A stretch of 64,000 nt of DNA from Klebsormidium nitens (Eukaryota > Plantae > Klebsormidiophyceae): the NCBI GenBank assembly GCA_000708835.1, contig DF237085.1, positions 1-64,000 of the forward strand, in the 5' to 3' direction. Positions 21,541 through 34,000 of the stretch are shown in pieces. The position numbers were made by a program, and so were the translations under genes. A model generated the notes under the pieces. It saw nothing but the letters and a program-made list of their open reading frames with translations, made no database searches and was not told where the DNA came from. Position 1 is the stretch's first letter; the number at the start of each line of letters is the position of its first letter.

Positions 21541-22730
21541 CTGAACGTCCAAAATGTAAACGGTGTTTGTTCATCTAAATCAGTATAATGAACTGATGCA
21601 AAAGGTGAGGAACTACTGCAGGTGTACCCTGTATGCCTGACTTGACAAAATATGCTGCAGGCGTGAGCCGACGACGGATTCAACCTCTGCCAGCGAATGG
21701 TCCACCTCAGATGGCAAGAATCTCGGCGAGTCATCAGAGTCCAGACACGATTGGACACGACCGCTTTCTGCGTCTTCTAGTGCGCGAGTAGAGATTGCCT
21801 TGATAGCAACCACGTGTAAGCAGAGTCGGTTAAACCCAGGTCAAACCTGGCCGCCCTAGTGACCCGATGTCCCGGTTGCAGAACTCTGCCCAATGCGCAG
21901 AACCTGGGCTGTTCGATGGCCCAGAGGCTATCCATCGGACGGCCGATCGATTCGGATCGGACTTGGGTCAGGCAACCAAGGTTTGACCGAACCTGCAACA
22001 AGCACCATCCTCGCTGCCTCCGAGTCACCAACAGATCCTATGATGAGCTCGACTCGCCGCGCTCAAGGAAATTTTGAAACCACAAAAGCACCACAGATTT
22101 GAAGGCAGTTGGCAGCTTTTGAAGTGATCAAGTTGACTGCAAATACAGGATTGAGAGTAAGCTGAAGGAGCCTTAAAAGCTTTAGTTCGTCGGGTGTATA
22201 CGAATTGAGAACGTGCCGGGTTCGCATCAGAGCCGTCATGCCTTGATCATTTGACTTATGCTTGTCATGAACGTTTGGATTTGCACACTATTCCGGCTGA
22301 TACGAGAACCGTACACAGCGCCTACATGCACACTCGTGGGCGGCACAGATAATGGTCATTACTCTAGGGGCAAACAGGAACGCCTAACCATAGCTGGCTT
22401 TTATTGATCCTGCATACTGATACTCTGAGGATAGTCCTCGTGAGCGCGGGTTCCTAAACAATAAGGAATCACATGCTTGCACTTAAGCCGAGGATTCTCA
22501 TGGATGTAAAAGCGACCAAAAATCAAGATCCAGTTGGAATCCTCACACCCCGTTAACATGCGTGGACGCAATTGCAAATTCCACCCCAAACACATAAGCA
22601 GATGAGTCTTGCAGTCTCAACCTCGTGTCAAAGCGTCCGCTGATCGAAGTTCAGTGCTTAGATGCCAAACCGCCTTCCTCGACCTATTCATGCACTATTA
22701 CAGGAGCCCCCTTCACTAGTTTCTCGACAT

Positions 22731-24681
22731 CTACATGCCCTGGTTTCGACTCGGCTTCCGCACGCACTCCTGCTTGTGCCCCTCCTTCCAGGCAGACTTC
22801 TGGCACTCTGTTGGGAGAGGAGAAGAAGAAGCTGAATGCACAGAAGAAGCTTGGACTGATTGTCACAGCTTGAGTCAAACCAATTTGGAACTTGAGCTCG
22901 AAAGATCGTCGATCCGCGAATGAAGCATCAGCAAACGATCCAGATGTCCGGCATATCGAAGTCAGTCAAGCGTCCCGTTAAGCCTTAATTCAACGGCTTC
23001 GATGAAGTCGGAAATCAATGTATATACCGTTGTCAGACGGAGCTCGTCTTGTTACGTTGTCATATTCAAAACGACTTGTGCAAAAGGCGTTGTTCAGAGC
23101 TGGTTGAGAAGCAGACGGAGGAGCCGAGGCAGTCGAGAAGTCAAGCAAAGCTAGCACCAAATGCAGTGAGCAGAAAAGAACGTCTTTGCAAAGCCCATCA
23201 TAGCAAGACTGAGTCCAGGCACGTCAAATTTTGATAATACACAGTGGTTGCGAAGAAACCACGGTTTTGGCAACCTCGCGTGGTCTCAAACTCGTTGCAA
23301 CAGACGGTCTGAGCAGATTGAAAGACGTCTTACCTGCGGAGCAATAGACCACGAGCTTGCATTGGGCGCAGACCTTGAACTCCCGCGCCGTGGCCTCGAC
23401 TCTGAGGCAGTCGGACCTGGCGCACTGCTTGCGCGGGCCGGCCATCGGAGTGAGCTTTCCCGCGGGATCGCGCGACCGGTGGTCCTCTCCGCCCGGCGAC
23501 GCTTTCGGACTGAAAATGGCGTCCAGTTGCTTCTTCCGCCGCGCGACGTTATGGTCCTTGGCCGCTAGCTCCTGGATCGCTTTCATCTCTCTATCGGACG
23601 GCAGCCTGAGGTACCCCACCTGGAAGCTCCTTCGATCTAGTTCCTGCAGTTTGGCGTTCGCCGAGAGCAGGATCTCGAACCCCTTCCCTTTCATCCCTTC
23701 GTCCGGGCAGCTGGAGAGCTCGAGAGCCAAGAGGGAGTCAGAGATCGACTTGCGCCGTTGCAGCAGCGGGGCCATTCTGGCAGCATCCTCATCAATCATT
23801 CGCATAACTAGATCGAGGGCGCTTTCGATGCCGGCCGCGCTGCCGGAGCTCTCCAGGGCGTTGCCCGCGACCTTGACCGCTATCGCGACGGTCTCTTCCG
23901 TTTCCAGCGGGCTGCGGAACTGCGTGATGCGCTTCACGATGCCGACCGCGAGATCGGACGGCTTCGCTTTTTCGGACGCCTCCAGAGCGTCCTCCAGGAT
24001 CGAGTTGAGAAACACGGTCTCGCTCTGCAGTCGCTCCCGGCCCTGCTTCGTGGCCGCGCACAGGTTGCACAGGGAACTCGTCAGGAACATCTTGGTCTCG
24101 AACTCGATGGTGCACCGCTCGCGCGCGCGGCGGTACGCGCGCGGGAACCTGGACGCGTAGTAGTTCCCCAGCTGGACGTCCACGAAGTCCGGGAAGTGGC
24201 TCAGCGCGAAGCGCGCCGCGCGCGCGTCCACGGCGATCGTGTCCAGGACGTTGGAGTACGTCCGCACCGTCCCTATGCGCGCGCCGCCGCGCGGGTCATC
24301 CTTGCAGACGAGGTAGCACCTCTTAGAGACCCCAAAGTCTCTCAAGCCTCTCACCAGCTCCTGGATGACGACACTCTGGCTCAGCACGTAGGTCGCATAC
24401 TTGGCCCAGGCGTCCGTCTTCCCGTCCGAAACAGGGCCATGCACGAGCACCCCCTGGATCCGGAAGATGCCGCACATTCTGATTTCTTCATCTTCGCTGC
24501 GCAGGTCCCGCAAAACCTCCTTCAGCCAGGGGCAAGCCGCAGGGTGCAGAATGTCTATCTCAGGCAGAGTTGGGCCGGTCTGGCCTGTCAGCTCCATGAG
24601 CTCCTGTTCGCATCTCTTGGAAAAGAAGAAGTTGGCCGGAAGCTCTGGGGGCTTCCGAGGCATGGTCTCCTTGTACCGCAT
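22731..24681 (-). CDS. MYND zinc-finger protein with an uncharacterised helical N-terminal region, 2 coding exons
   Basis: Exon 24681-23334 ends CARSDC...FKVCAQCKLVVYCSA|gtaag. Exon 22807-22731 completes the finger: ECQKSAWKEGHKQEC...TAG. Confidence 0.85.
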
Positions 24682-26429
24682 CTTGCCTGAACTAAGCTGA
24701 TGCCAGCGCTAGTTCGCTTCCCCTCCGATTGCAGATGCTCAAAAGCTTGCCCCTGCAATGGCGCCAACCACTATGCAGCACCACTGCTAGCATGTTTGAG
24801 AGAGGTGACTGGCGGAGGACTGTGCATGTGCGTCTACCTGCTCTACGGGGCTCTACAAAAACCTGCCCTCTATTGAAGTCATTATAGACTGCTCGTATCA
24901 GACTTCAAACAAAGCAGATCACGAGATACTCACTCAGGCTGGGTCGGGTCAACAATTTGCTCAGGGTTGAGCTTGTCATGCACGGGGTCGCGTCGTGTCG
25001 CGTCGGGGCGCCACTTGGGTGGAGTTTCTCAATCTTCAGAATCGGTGGCGTCAAAATAATGCGGCAGTTTACAATACCTGCAGGCTTGTGTTTACTCAGG
25101 CAGTATACTGACAGGGCATTTGCGTGGTCCTGTCTGCCAAGGATAGTGTCAAGGGGCGCTGCTCGGACGGCTGACTCTGCGAAGGAGCTTACTCCTGGTC
25201 CCATGCAGGGTCGGAGATTCGAGAGCCTGAAAATCGAGACGGTTTGCCGTCTTTTGCGTGTTAGATGGTCATTGATCTGCATAGATTTGAGATGGAGAAC
25301 CTACACAGGGCACGGTTGACCACATTCGGCTACGGGCTGCTTCGAAGCTGGTTAACTGTCCAATGACCAAATGACCAGACTCGAGCAGTAACCAGGTTTT
25401 AAATATGGCTATAACGCGGTTGTGTCAAAAGTTAGACTGAAGTTTGGTTATTGAACCTGCTTAGCAGCCAGCAGCCTTCCTGTGCCAGAGTCGCAACAGT
25501 GTCTTTCGATTTATAGCAAATGCCGCGACCCAATCATGATCTACCACGGAACAGCGCCAGCACCTCGACTGTTTCGTTGAAGTTCTCAATCAGAATCAAA
25601 TGGCCACGCTTCCGCTCGAGTCGTCAAAATGACAGCAGGCCTGACGGCCGGCGGTCAGGTTAGTGTGGCGCGGTTGCGTGCTTACCGTTTTGACGTCGAT
25701 CTCGTACGTCAGCAATGGATGTGGACGCTACTTAAACTCGTAGTTAAACTCGTAGTGCAGCCAACTGTTTCGTCCTTTATTCTCTCTCCAGCCAGTCCGA
25801 CTTTCCATTTTACCAAAATGAATATGAGGTCTCTGTTGACTTAACAGCTATATATATACGGTTTGAAAATCCCACATCTTTCGATATGGCTGGACTTGTT
25901 TCGTGGCCCACGTTCATCTTCGTCTCTCTGCACACATTTAAGAAATGGGGTAAAATACTCTTTCCCTTTCGTGACCACGCCCTTCTCTTTAATATGCAAA
26001 ATTACAGCACAACTCTCCTATCCAAAACCTTGACATGGGCTGTGCTGAGTGCCCAGAATCCAGAGGTCGCGCTCGCCCGTCGATGACCTTACCCGTCCCG
26101 TGATGACGAAATTCGGATCGTCGGATGTCGATCAATTATGCAATCAGCGCGCTCGCGCTGACGACCGCAAATTACGACGGTTGAATCTTGACTGAATTTG
26201 GACTTATACGCTATCAGTACCGTCAGCACGCCATTGGTTTCCACGCGGAGGCCGACGCGCATCACATCTATTCAAGCTAACGTCGTATATACAAATCTGC
26301 AGTCGAGTGCAAGTGGTGAGACATGTCTACGTATGGTGCATGATGTACGATTGCATCTGCATACAAGAGCGGCACCGCCACGTAGCGCTAGGAAAACCAA
26401 TTGCAAAAGTTGATGTATCCTGACAGAAG

Positions 26430-27041
26430 TACTGAACTTACCAAAAGGTGACAAACTGCCGGATGTAAAATCAAGAAGGTAACAACTTGTGACTTGCACT
26501 AGTAGAAAGTCAATAGATCCAGTGGTGTGATAGTGTTGATAAGGAGCCGAAAATCCCATGATGAAACCGTTGACCCTGTTGACTTGAGTGACGTGCTTCA
26601 TACCGAGGCTCTACCCTTGCATTATGGTCCCAATCAAACCGGCATCTCTCCAACTTTTGACATATTTCGACCAGACCTCAGCATCCGGGCCGGGGGTCAA
26701 CTCTGTCCACCAGACTCCAAACGTCCACGGCTCGTTGTGACTGATAGACTGAGTTTCAATGAGCTGGCAACTTGTTGCGGACGATTCACGTGTGACGCGC
26801 CTTGCAGCACACATGATGACGCCTTAAAAGATGCGACGACAGGTATCGAACAGGCAACATTTTCAAAGGCCAGAAAGTCTCGTCGCTTCTGAAAGCCGAG
26901 TTTCCATCCCCCTGAAGGATCATGTTCGCGCTGCAAACTAATCTCCTCGGGGTACCTAGTAGTATTTATTCGCAAGTCTAAGTCTCTGAGTTCTGTTGTA
27001 GACACATTGAACCATGTGATAAAATTCAACTGGGTTGCCAT
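26430..27041 (-). pseudogene. Degraded coding-like segment of unknown family
   Basis: Overlapping ORFs 26697..27041, 26611..26814 and 26272..26601. The last two are in frame across a TAG (IMQG*SLGMKH...TGSIDFLL...PF|gtaagt). Confidence 0.3.
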
Positions 27042-27405
27042 GACTCTCGTGGTCTACTCAGTCACTCTCAATACTCTTTCAAAAAACGCGCTGCAGAGGT
27101 CTGTACAGGCATGGTTAAGCCATAGACACATGGAGCCTCGAGGCAGCCCACCGACCTGAAGGGTGTGATTAGCCCCATGCCCGACCACGTGCAAGTGGCC
27201 GTCCCCACTCAGCATTGCACACCTCGTTGAAACTGCCTCGAGAAGGAAAGGGACCGGCATGCAGTCTTAAAACCTGAAGTTTTGCACAGCTGAATCACCA
27301 CGTCCGCTATCTGCCGAGATCGTCGAGCTGGTATTTTCTTTGGCACAGGATTCCAGTCATTCAAGATCAGTGAAACACCGATCTTAAGCCTGCGCCAAGG
27401 CGCGA

Positions 27406-30166
27406 ATGGCTAAAAAGCACGCAGGAAATGATGAGGTAAGCAGACTTTTTCAACTCTAGCTCTGGGACAGGCGGGTAGAAGACTATGTATAACATTTGCC
27501 TAATTGTGACTATTTTATAGTGGCTGAGTGCTTCTTCCTTTGACCTGATAGTCGATACGAATCCTGATTGAAGGACTCGGGTTTGAGAGGAACAAAGATT
27601 TGTTGCAACGACACAACGGAGCAGGCCTGTGCAGATCGAGACTCGAGGCTATCAGATGCTTCAAGGATTATCCCAAAGAAGATTTTCACTGAAACGTACA
27701 GATGCCCATCTCAGCAGACGGACAGGATTTACAACCTTTGAAAGCTCATTGATTAAGAAGTCAATGGAGAGAAAATATTGCGCAATTGTGAATTCCGCAT
27801 GAGAAGATTGTCATGATGGACCGTCGACATAAGGTTTGTCGAAGCATCGGCAAAGGGCGACGAGCGGATCAGATCTGGATCTGGTAACGCTTCGAATCGC
27901 CCTCCTTTGTCCACCAAAGGGAAGCAAGAGTACTAAAATCAGCTGGTGCAAATCCGTGTGGCAAAAAGCAACGTAGCCATTTCCATCTTTGCAGCTACCG
28001 GACGGCCTCGTCATACCTTCCTACCTCTACCGCATGCTCCGGAAAGACGATCTAGCGAAGGCGTGCAAATCGGCAAACCTAGATGATAAGGGCAAGAAAG
28101 ACGATCTGATTGCGAGGCTGCTTGTCGATGGCGCCAGGTTGGAGCTCCTAACAAATGACGCACTGCAAACCCTGTGTTCCAAGCTAGACGTGTCAACCAG
28201 TGGCAACAAGACGGCGCTGGTGCAACGATTGGACGAAGGCGGTCTAAAAGCACTGTGTCAATATCTGGGTCTTCCTGTGAGTGGCAACAGGGCCGACATG
28301 ATCAAACAGATCAGGAGGAGTAAAACGGCCCACCAAGAAGAAGAGGAAACTCAGAAGGTGAGGTGCAATCCAAGATGAGGTTGGAAAGGCTTGAAACCTT
28401 CCGGTTCGAACCAGGAACATCACGATGTAACAGTGCTAAGAATTGTACAATTTCTAACGTCGGTCACTTTATTGAGCAAAACAAGGCTTTGTGACACTTC
28501 CATCGCTTTTCTGATCACCAAAAATATTTGACAGTTGTGCAAGTAAGCAACAAACGCAGACGTGATAAGTGCAGAAAGATGCCGTTGCAAAGAGCGAATC
28601 GAAGACCCAAGCGAAGAACGATCCTCAAAAGGAACGGAAGATGGGAAAGGTGAGACTTTTGCAGGCACGTACGAATGTTGACTAAAGATCAGCAACTCGT
28701 TCCTCTTTTTCAAACAGCGCCCACGTGTGCTGATCGACAGCCGTCCAGTGGCTTGATATCCTTGCAACCAAGGCATACCTCGCACCCAAGGGAATTTACT
28801 TCTATGATCGTGTTTCACTGCAGCTTTAATGCGAAGTTCATGCGACCCTGTCGAAAAGGAAAACAGAATTCAGTTGCTGAACCATTTTAGGGCCACTTCC
28901 TGATCCGTTGGGCTTGTTCTATTTCATTCTCAGAAGTAATCACTAGTTAGAACGGACGGGTTCCGCCACGTAATCTCTGGATTGTGACAGTGCATTTCCA
29001 CGCCCAAATGCTGGTTGATGATAGGCGTCCAGAATCAGACCGGCACTACAAACTTAGCGACACTGCGGATAAGCATCAAAAATGCAACTCTCCTTCCCAC
29101 TCACGCCTGGCATGCAGGATGAAAAGAAGCTGCTACAAGAACGTCTCGCAGTGCTCTACAACGACGATCTTTCGGAGGAGTGCCGCTTGCGAGATCTGCC
29201 GGTCTCCGGAGCGAAGGACGTGCTGGTCAAACGGCTGGTCGATGACGGGTTGGAGCTATCAGAGCTCTTGAAGTTTCAACTCCAGTTGATCTGCTTTTCT
29301 GAGGACCTTAGCGAATCTGGCACGAAGGGGAAACTCCTCGAGCGGCTGAAAAACGCCTCGGGAAGCGTGCCGCGGAAGGGGAAAAAGGAAGTTGAGGAGA
29401 AGAAGGCAGCCGTCTCCGCGTCAGTCAAGCTCATCTCTACGTCCGGGGGAGAAGCTATGGTGAGGGGAAGCCTTACAGCGCTTTTCTGAAACGCATGGCC
29501 TTGATAAATGTAGCAGAGCCTTGTTGAGTAAGCTTCCATTCTTTCATTTCGAGTAGGGAGGGCGGAGTCTCGGGCGGCTTCAAGCATTGCGAGCTCGATG
29601 CGATTTGACGTATCGGAAGAGCGGTCGGCCTCCTTGCAGGCGCGCTTGAATGTTGCAACCTGAAACCGAAGGCTTCTCTATTTTGGCCCGCTATCGCCAC
29701 TTGCGGGCTGAAGGAAGGCACTGCGTGATCGATCCGGCCAGATCGTTGTCAATACTGAGGGTGACTACTTCTTCCTGTCCCCTCACAGTCGAGAAATGCT
29801 TACCGAGAGCTTCTACGAAAAGCGTACCTCCTCGAGGACGATCAAGACGTGTACCACATCATTGCTTCCGAAAATGGCGGGGCCGACCACACCCATAATT
29901 ATCATTACGCCCAAAACCAGGCTTGGAACCGCGCCATCGGGGCTCAGCACGACTACATAAACTGCTTCATGGCTGGGAAAATAAAAGCCCAGAAAGCGGT
30001 AGCAATCTCTCGAGAATTAGGCAATAAGAAGGGAAAGAAGTATACGGGGCCGTCCGCCGACGAGCTCTACCACCATGGTGAAGACGTGATGCGGGGCATC
30101 CGCCGCGAGAATAGAGGTCGGTGGGCGGACATCCAGCGTCTTTACGGAGGCTCGCTGGAAACATGA
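27406..30166 (+). CDS. Putative 5xSAP-domain + C-terminal HNH-like protein (4 exons)
   Basis: Phase-0 model 27406-27435 / 27995-28357 / 29118-29459 / 29789-30166. SAP-like repeats include LRKDDLAKACKSANLDDKGKKDDLIARL and LSEECRLRDLPVSGAKDVLVKRL. The last exon has DVYHIIASENGGADHTHNY...NQAWNRAIG. The first exon and a single-gene join are uncertain. Confidence 0.6.
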
Positions 30167-31078
30167 GGCGTCCGATATGAGCTAGTCGAAATCAAGTAAG
30201 GCGTCCTTGTCAATCCGACAGAGACGCCCGGCGTGAAAGCTTACCGCTCCAACGAAGCAGTTGCTAAAATCAAAGACAGATTACTGCAACTCATCTGGGA
30301 GGCCGACGGTCGTAAAATCAGGTAAACGTATACGTAGAGCAATTTTGTTAATTTTCCCTGCCTTAGACTGCAGATCGAAGACGCATGGCCTGCACCGGAA
30401 TAATGCTTGCATCTTAAAGCGGTATGAACATGTCCCCGAATGATCGCGATCTTCCACGCGTTCATGTGAATGATGTTTATGCGTAAGATTGCAGGCTGTT
30501 TACATGGTAATCAAAACGTGTATCATCTAGTTGAACTTGACGCCCACGCGGGCCAGTTTGCATGGCCGGCGGCGCAACATACCCTCTGTGCACTTAACAG
30601 AATTGCCATTTGTGTACGTGTTGCACCCGTCCAATGACTTGCTTTGTCACGGCATCCAATTATCGACGGGCCAGGTGACACCGCGCACACCACATCAAAG
30701 TCGATCCTAAGAGCATGCATATACTATGATTGCACACGCATGGTCAGGAAAACCAATGGCTTCAATGGGAATGAGGTGTCGGACAGGGCCAGGCCGCCAG
30801 GGACGCATCCGGCCTGATCATGCAAAGAAATGATGTTTGCCATGCGAAAGCTGGTTGCCTTTCATTACAAGTCCGCTGCAAAGGCGTCAGATGCGAGCAA
30901 CTTAAGGAAAAGCTGTCGTTGTCCAGATTGCATCTGATTTCACATGCATGAACAAGACTTCTAGCTAGACCTTGCATCGGACGGACCCATTGACACAGTT
31001 GTCGAGGAATGTCGTTCAGATAGCGGATGCCTATCGAGCTCGATCCCAAGCTCTTTTGCCTCATCCTAGCACGTCCGT

Positions 31079-34000
31079 TCAGGCACCTCTCGGCTTTTTG
31101 ACGACATTCAGTTTACCAGCAGCGGCAGCTTTCCGCTTCTTCTTCAGACTATCTACTCCGGCCTTCTTGGCGGCGATGCCCATCTGCACAGGTGTCAGAC
31201 CAGGTCCGTGAGTACTGATAAAGAATAAGGGTGGATCCAAAGGCAAGGGTTTAAGTTTCAAGCGCGGGCTCGACCGCATTCGCTTCTCAACCCTGTGCTA
31301 CAGTCCGTCAGATGCAATCTGGTTCAAGACGAGAACCGCAGTCAAAGAATGGCAGGCACTGACGATAAAGACAATGGTCAAGATTTGCGGCCTGCAAAAT
31401 AATCCCCTCTCATGCTGCAAAACGAAAGCCGACCGTAAACGCTGTCAACGAGTTGCAGATTTTGCAGTAGAGATCCGGAGGTCTGGTATGCAACAGATAA
31501 ATACCCAAGCTTCCCTTTCAAACGCTAGCACTTCGTCTGCCATGCTCCACAGCGGCCGAAATTATACACACCAGCGGATCACATAAGACCTTTCATCATC
31601 CTGAACACCCATTTTTATGCCGCAATCCTCCATCATACTCCTTCTGTCCACGAGTTGAAGAAGCGAAAAAGGTTCATAAGCAAGTCTATCAAAACCACCC
31701 TCTTTCATGCCCTCACCTGCATCGCCTCATACAGCTTCTTCGTCTTCCGCGGCATCATAATGCGCTCCATCGCCTTGTCATCATCCTCCGCCCGTGCCCC
31801 GTCCGTCACCTTCCCAGACACCCCCCCCTCGTCCGCCTCGTCTTCCGCCCCCCCCTCATCCCTCTCCTCCGTTGCACCCCCCCCAAGCGTCGCAGAATAC
31901 GGCACCCCCGCCACCTCTTTCCGCAGATCCTCCAGATACTCCTGCTCCAATTTCGCGACTTCCGCAGCTTTCGCGGCGGCCGCGAGATCCTCCCCCCTCT
32001 CGGCGGCGGCTTTCGCGGCAGCTCCCTCTTCTAAGCCCTCTTCGGCGCCCCCCGGAAGCGGAAGCACGCCCCCGAGGCTGCCTCGCGCGGCATCCCGAAG
32101 CCGTTGGATTTGTTCGGCGTACTCGGGGAGGTAGCCCTCCGCCTCGTTGTCGACGAAGGGCGACAGGTGGGGGGGTAGCGACCTGGAGGAGAAATGGCGG
32201 AAAACTCACAATTTGGAAGTTTACGGTCCAGGTTCTAGTTGGAAATCCTGGATGAGGGTGCAGGAATACGTGCAAGTTGAGTGGACGAGCCAGTTCCCTC
32301 GTCAAATCAATTGAGACTTCCACATCCTGTCAAGCTGGGCTTGTTCCAAGGGCCAGCAAGTGACCTCGCGATGTCAAGAGCCAGCCCATAGGAAGTGCCA
32401 GCTTCGTAATGTGATCCTTCAACCAAACCAACAGAGTCGGCGACTGGACGGTGGACGAGCTGACGGTTTTCATTTTAGAAAGAACCAAAGAAAAAATTGC
32501 GCCCAGAAGCTCTTCGAAACTTAGCGGCTCAGTAGAAGCACAATACATACGGTGGCTTAACTCACCCGCCAGCCGGGTAATCCTCTGTCGGCAGCAGCAG
32601 CCGGTTGTTGACACTGTCGTACACCCACTGGGGCTGGACGTACTCCCGCGACAAAAAGCGGTGTCCCTGCGTGGGCCGGTCCACGATCTGGTGCGTAATC
32701 CGCTCATCGCTCTCCGGGTATGGCGCGCCCTCACCCTCCCATGAGACCGACCCACCGAAGGCCCGAATGAGGAAAAGTAGAGATTCGTGGGGCACCTGCG
32801 AGGGTCGGTTCTTAAGTTGACCTACCCGAAAGCGAATAAAGCCTTGATGGAAGCTGTGATATCCTTTAACAATTCTAAATGGTACCTATGATTCACCAAC
32901 GATTCGTAGGTAACGTGCAATCATCGGATCTGGAAGTCCGATGAAAAATAGGGTGAGAAGATTTGATCCCCATATATCAGCACTTAGGGCGCAGGACAGG
33001 CAATCGGCATGTTTATTACTGACCTTAAACCGCCTTGTTCTGCTGAGTTCGCATCTGGACCGTCGGAGCGTTACTTTTCGCCATCGGAAACTCTTCTTGT
33101 AAGATTGACGAGAGCCCTCTCAACCACAAACAGCCCTTCAAATGCGAGGCCAAACCAAAAGCACGTCCGATCCAACTGACTCCTTACCCCCTGAACCGCC
33201 CCTGACAACACAAAAGCCAAGGCACTCAACAAGCTGCCATCCCACTCAGCTGAGAAACTCGCAAATACTCGCAGACCCACCTCTCTCGCCAGGAAGAAGA
33301 ACAGCCCCTTGAACAGCCCTCTGCATGCTTTCGTCTCCTCATCCTCCTCGTCTTCCCCCTCGTCTTCTTCCGCTTCTCCCCCCCCCCACGGCCCAGCCTC
33401 CTCGACCCCCCCGTTCGCGTCCCCACCCGCTGCTACCGACACCCCGAGCTTCTCCTTCAAGGCCACTAGCTTTTCCCCTTCTGGGGGTCCTTCTGCACTG
33501 TCTTCCTCCCCCCTACCAGAGGCTCCGGCGCCGTTTTCCAGCTGCCCCCCCGTTTGTGGTGAATCTGTTTCGCCTGCTAGGGAGCTGACTGCGGCCGCCA
33601 GCTCCGCAGCCACCTCTTCGAGCTTTGTGTCAAGAGCGGGGGGGTACTTGAGGCCCAGGGAGTGGTACAGCTTGAAGTTGACGAACTCCACGAAGGTCTG
33701 CAGAGAATTGAAGGAGAGTAAGGCCCACAAAGCAAACCTCTGCACGAGCCCGGAAGGTGCTAACTTTCCTCCTAGCTTGCAACGTTGCCTGCTTGGAGCA
33801 AGTACTTGGGTCTGTTGCACACAGCCTAACAAAAGAGGCGATGTGAAGTCAAAGTAGCTTGTAGGTGAAGTTTTTCAGGTCACATGAGCCCCAGCAATTT
33901 CCCCGCTGGTTCTTTGACAAGCATTTGGGTCTTTACTTTCCTTTGTATCAAGGCAAAAGGACCACCCGTGCTCTTGATCAGCGACTCTGTGACCGCTCGA

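Noticed and set aside
23248-24700. Long plus-strand ORFs (267 aa, 164 aa) and similar ones at 40623-41390, 45378-46282 and 50406-51331
   Set aside because: They are antisense or alternative-frame shadows of GC-rich real coding exons.
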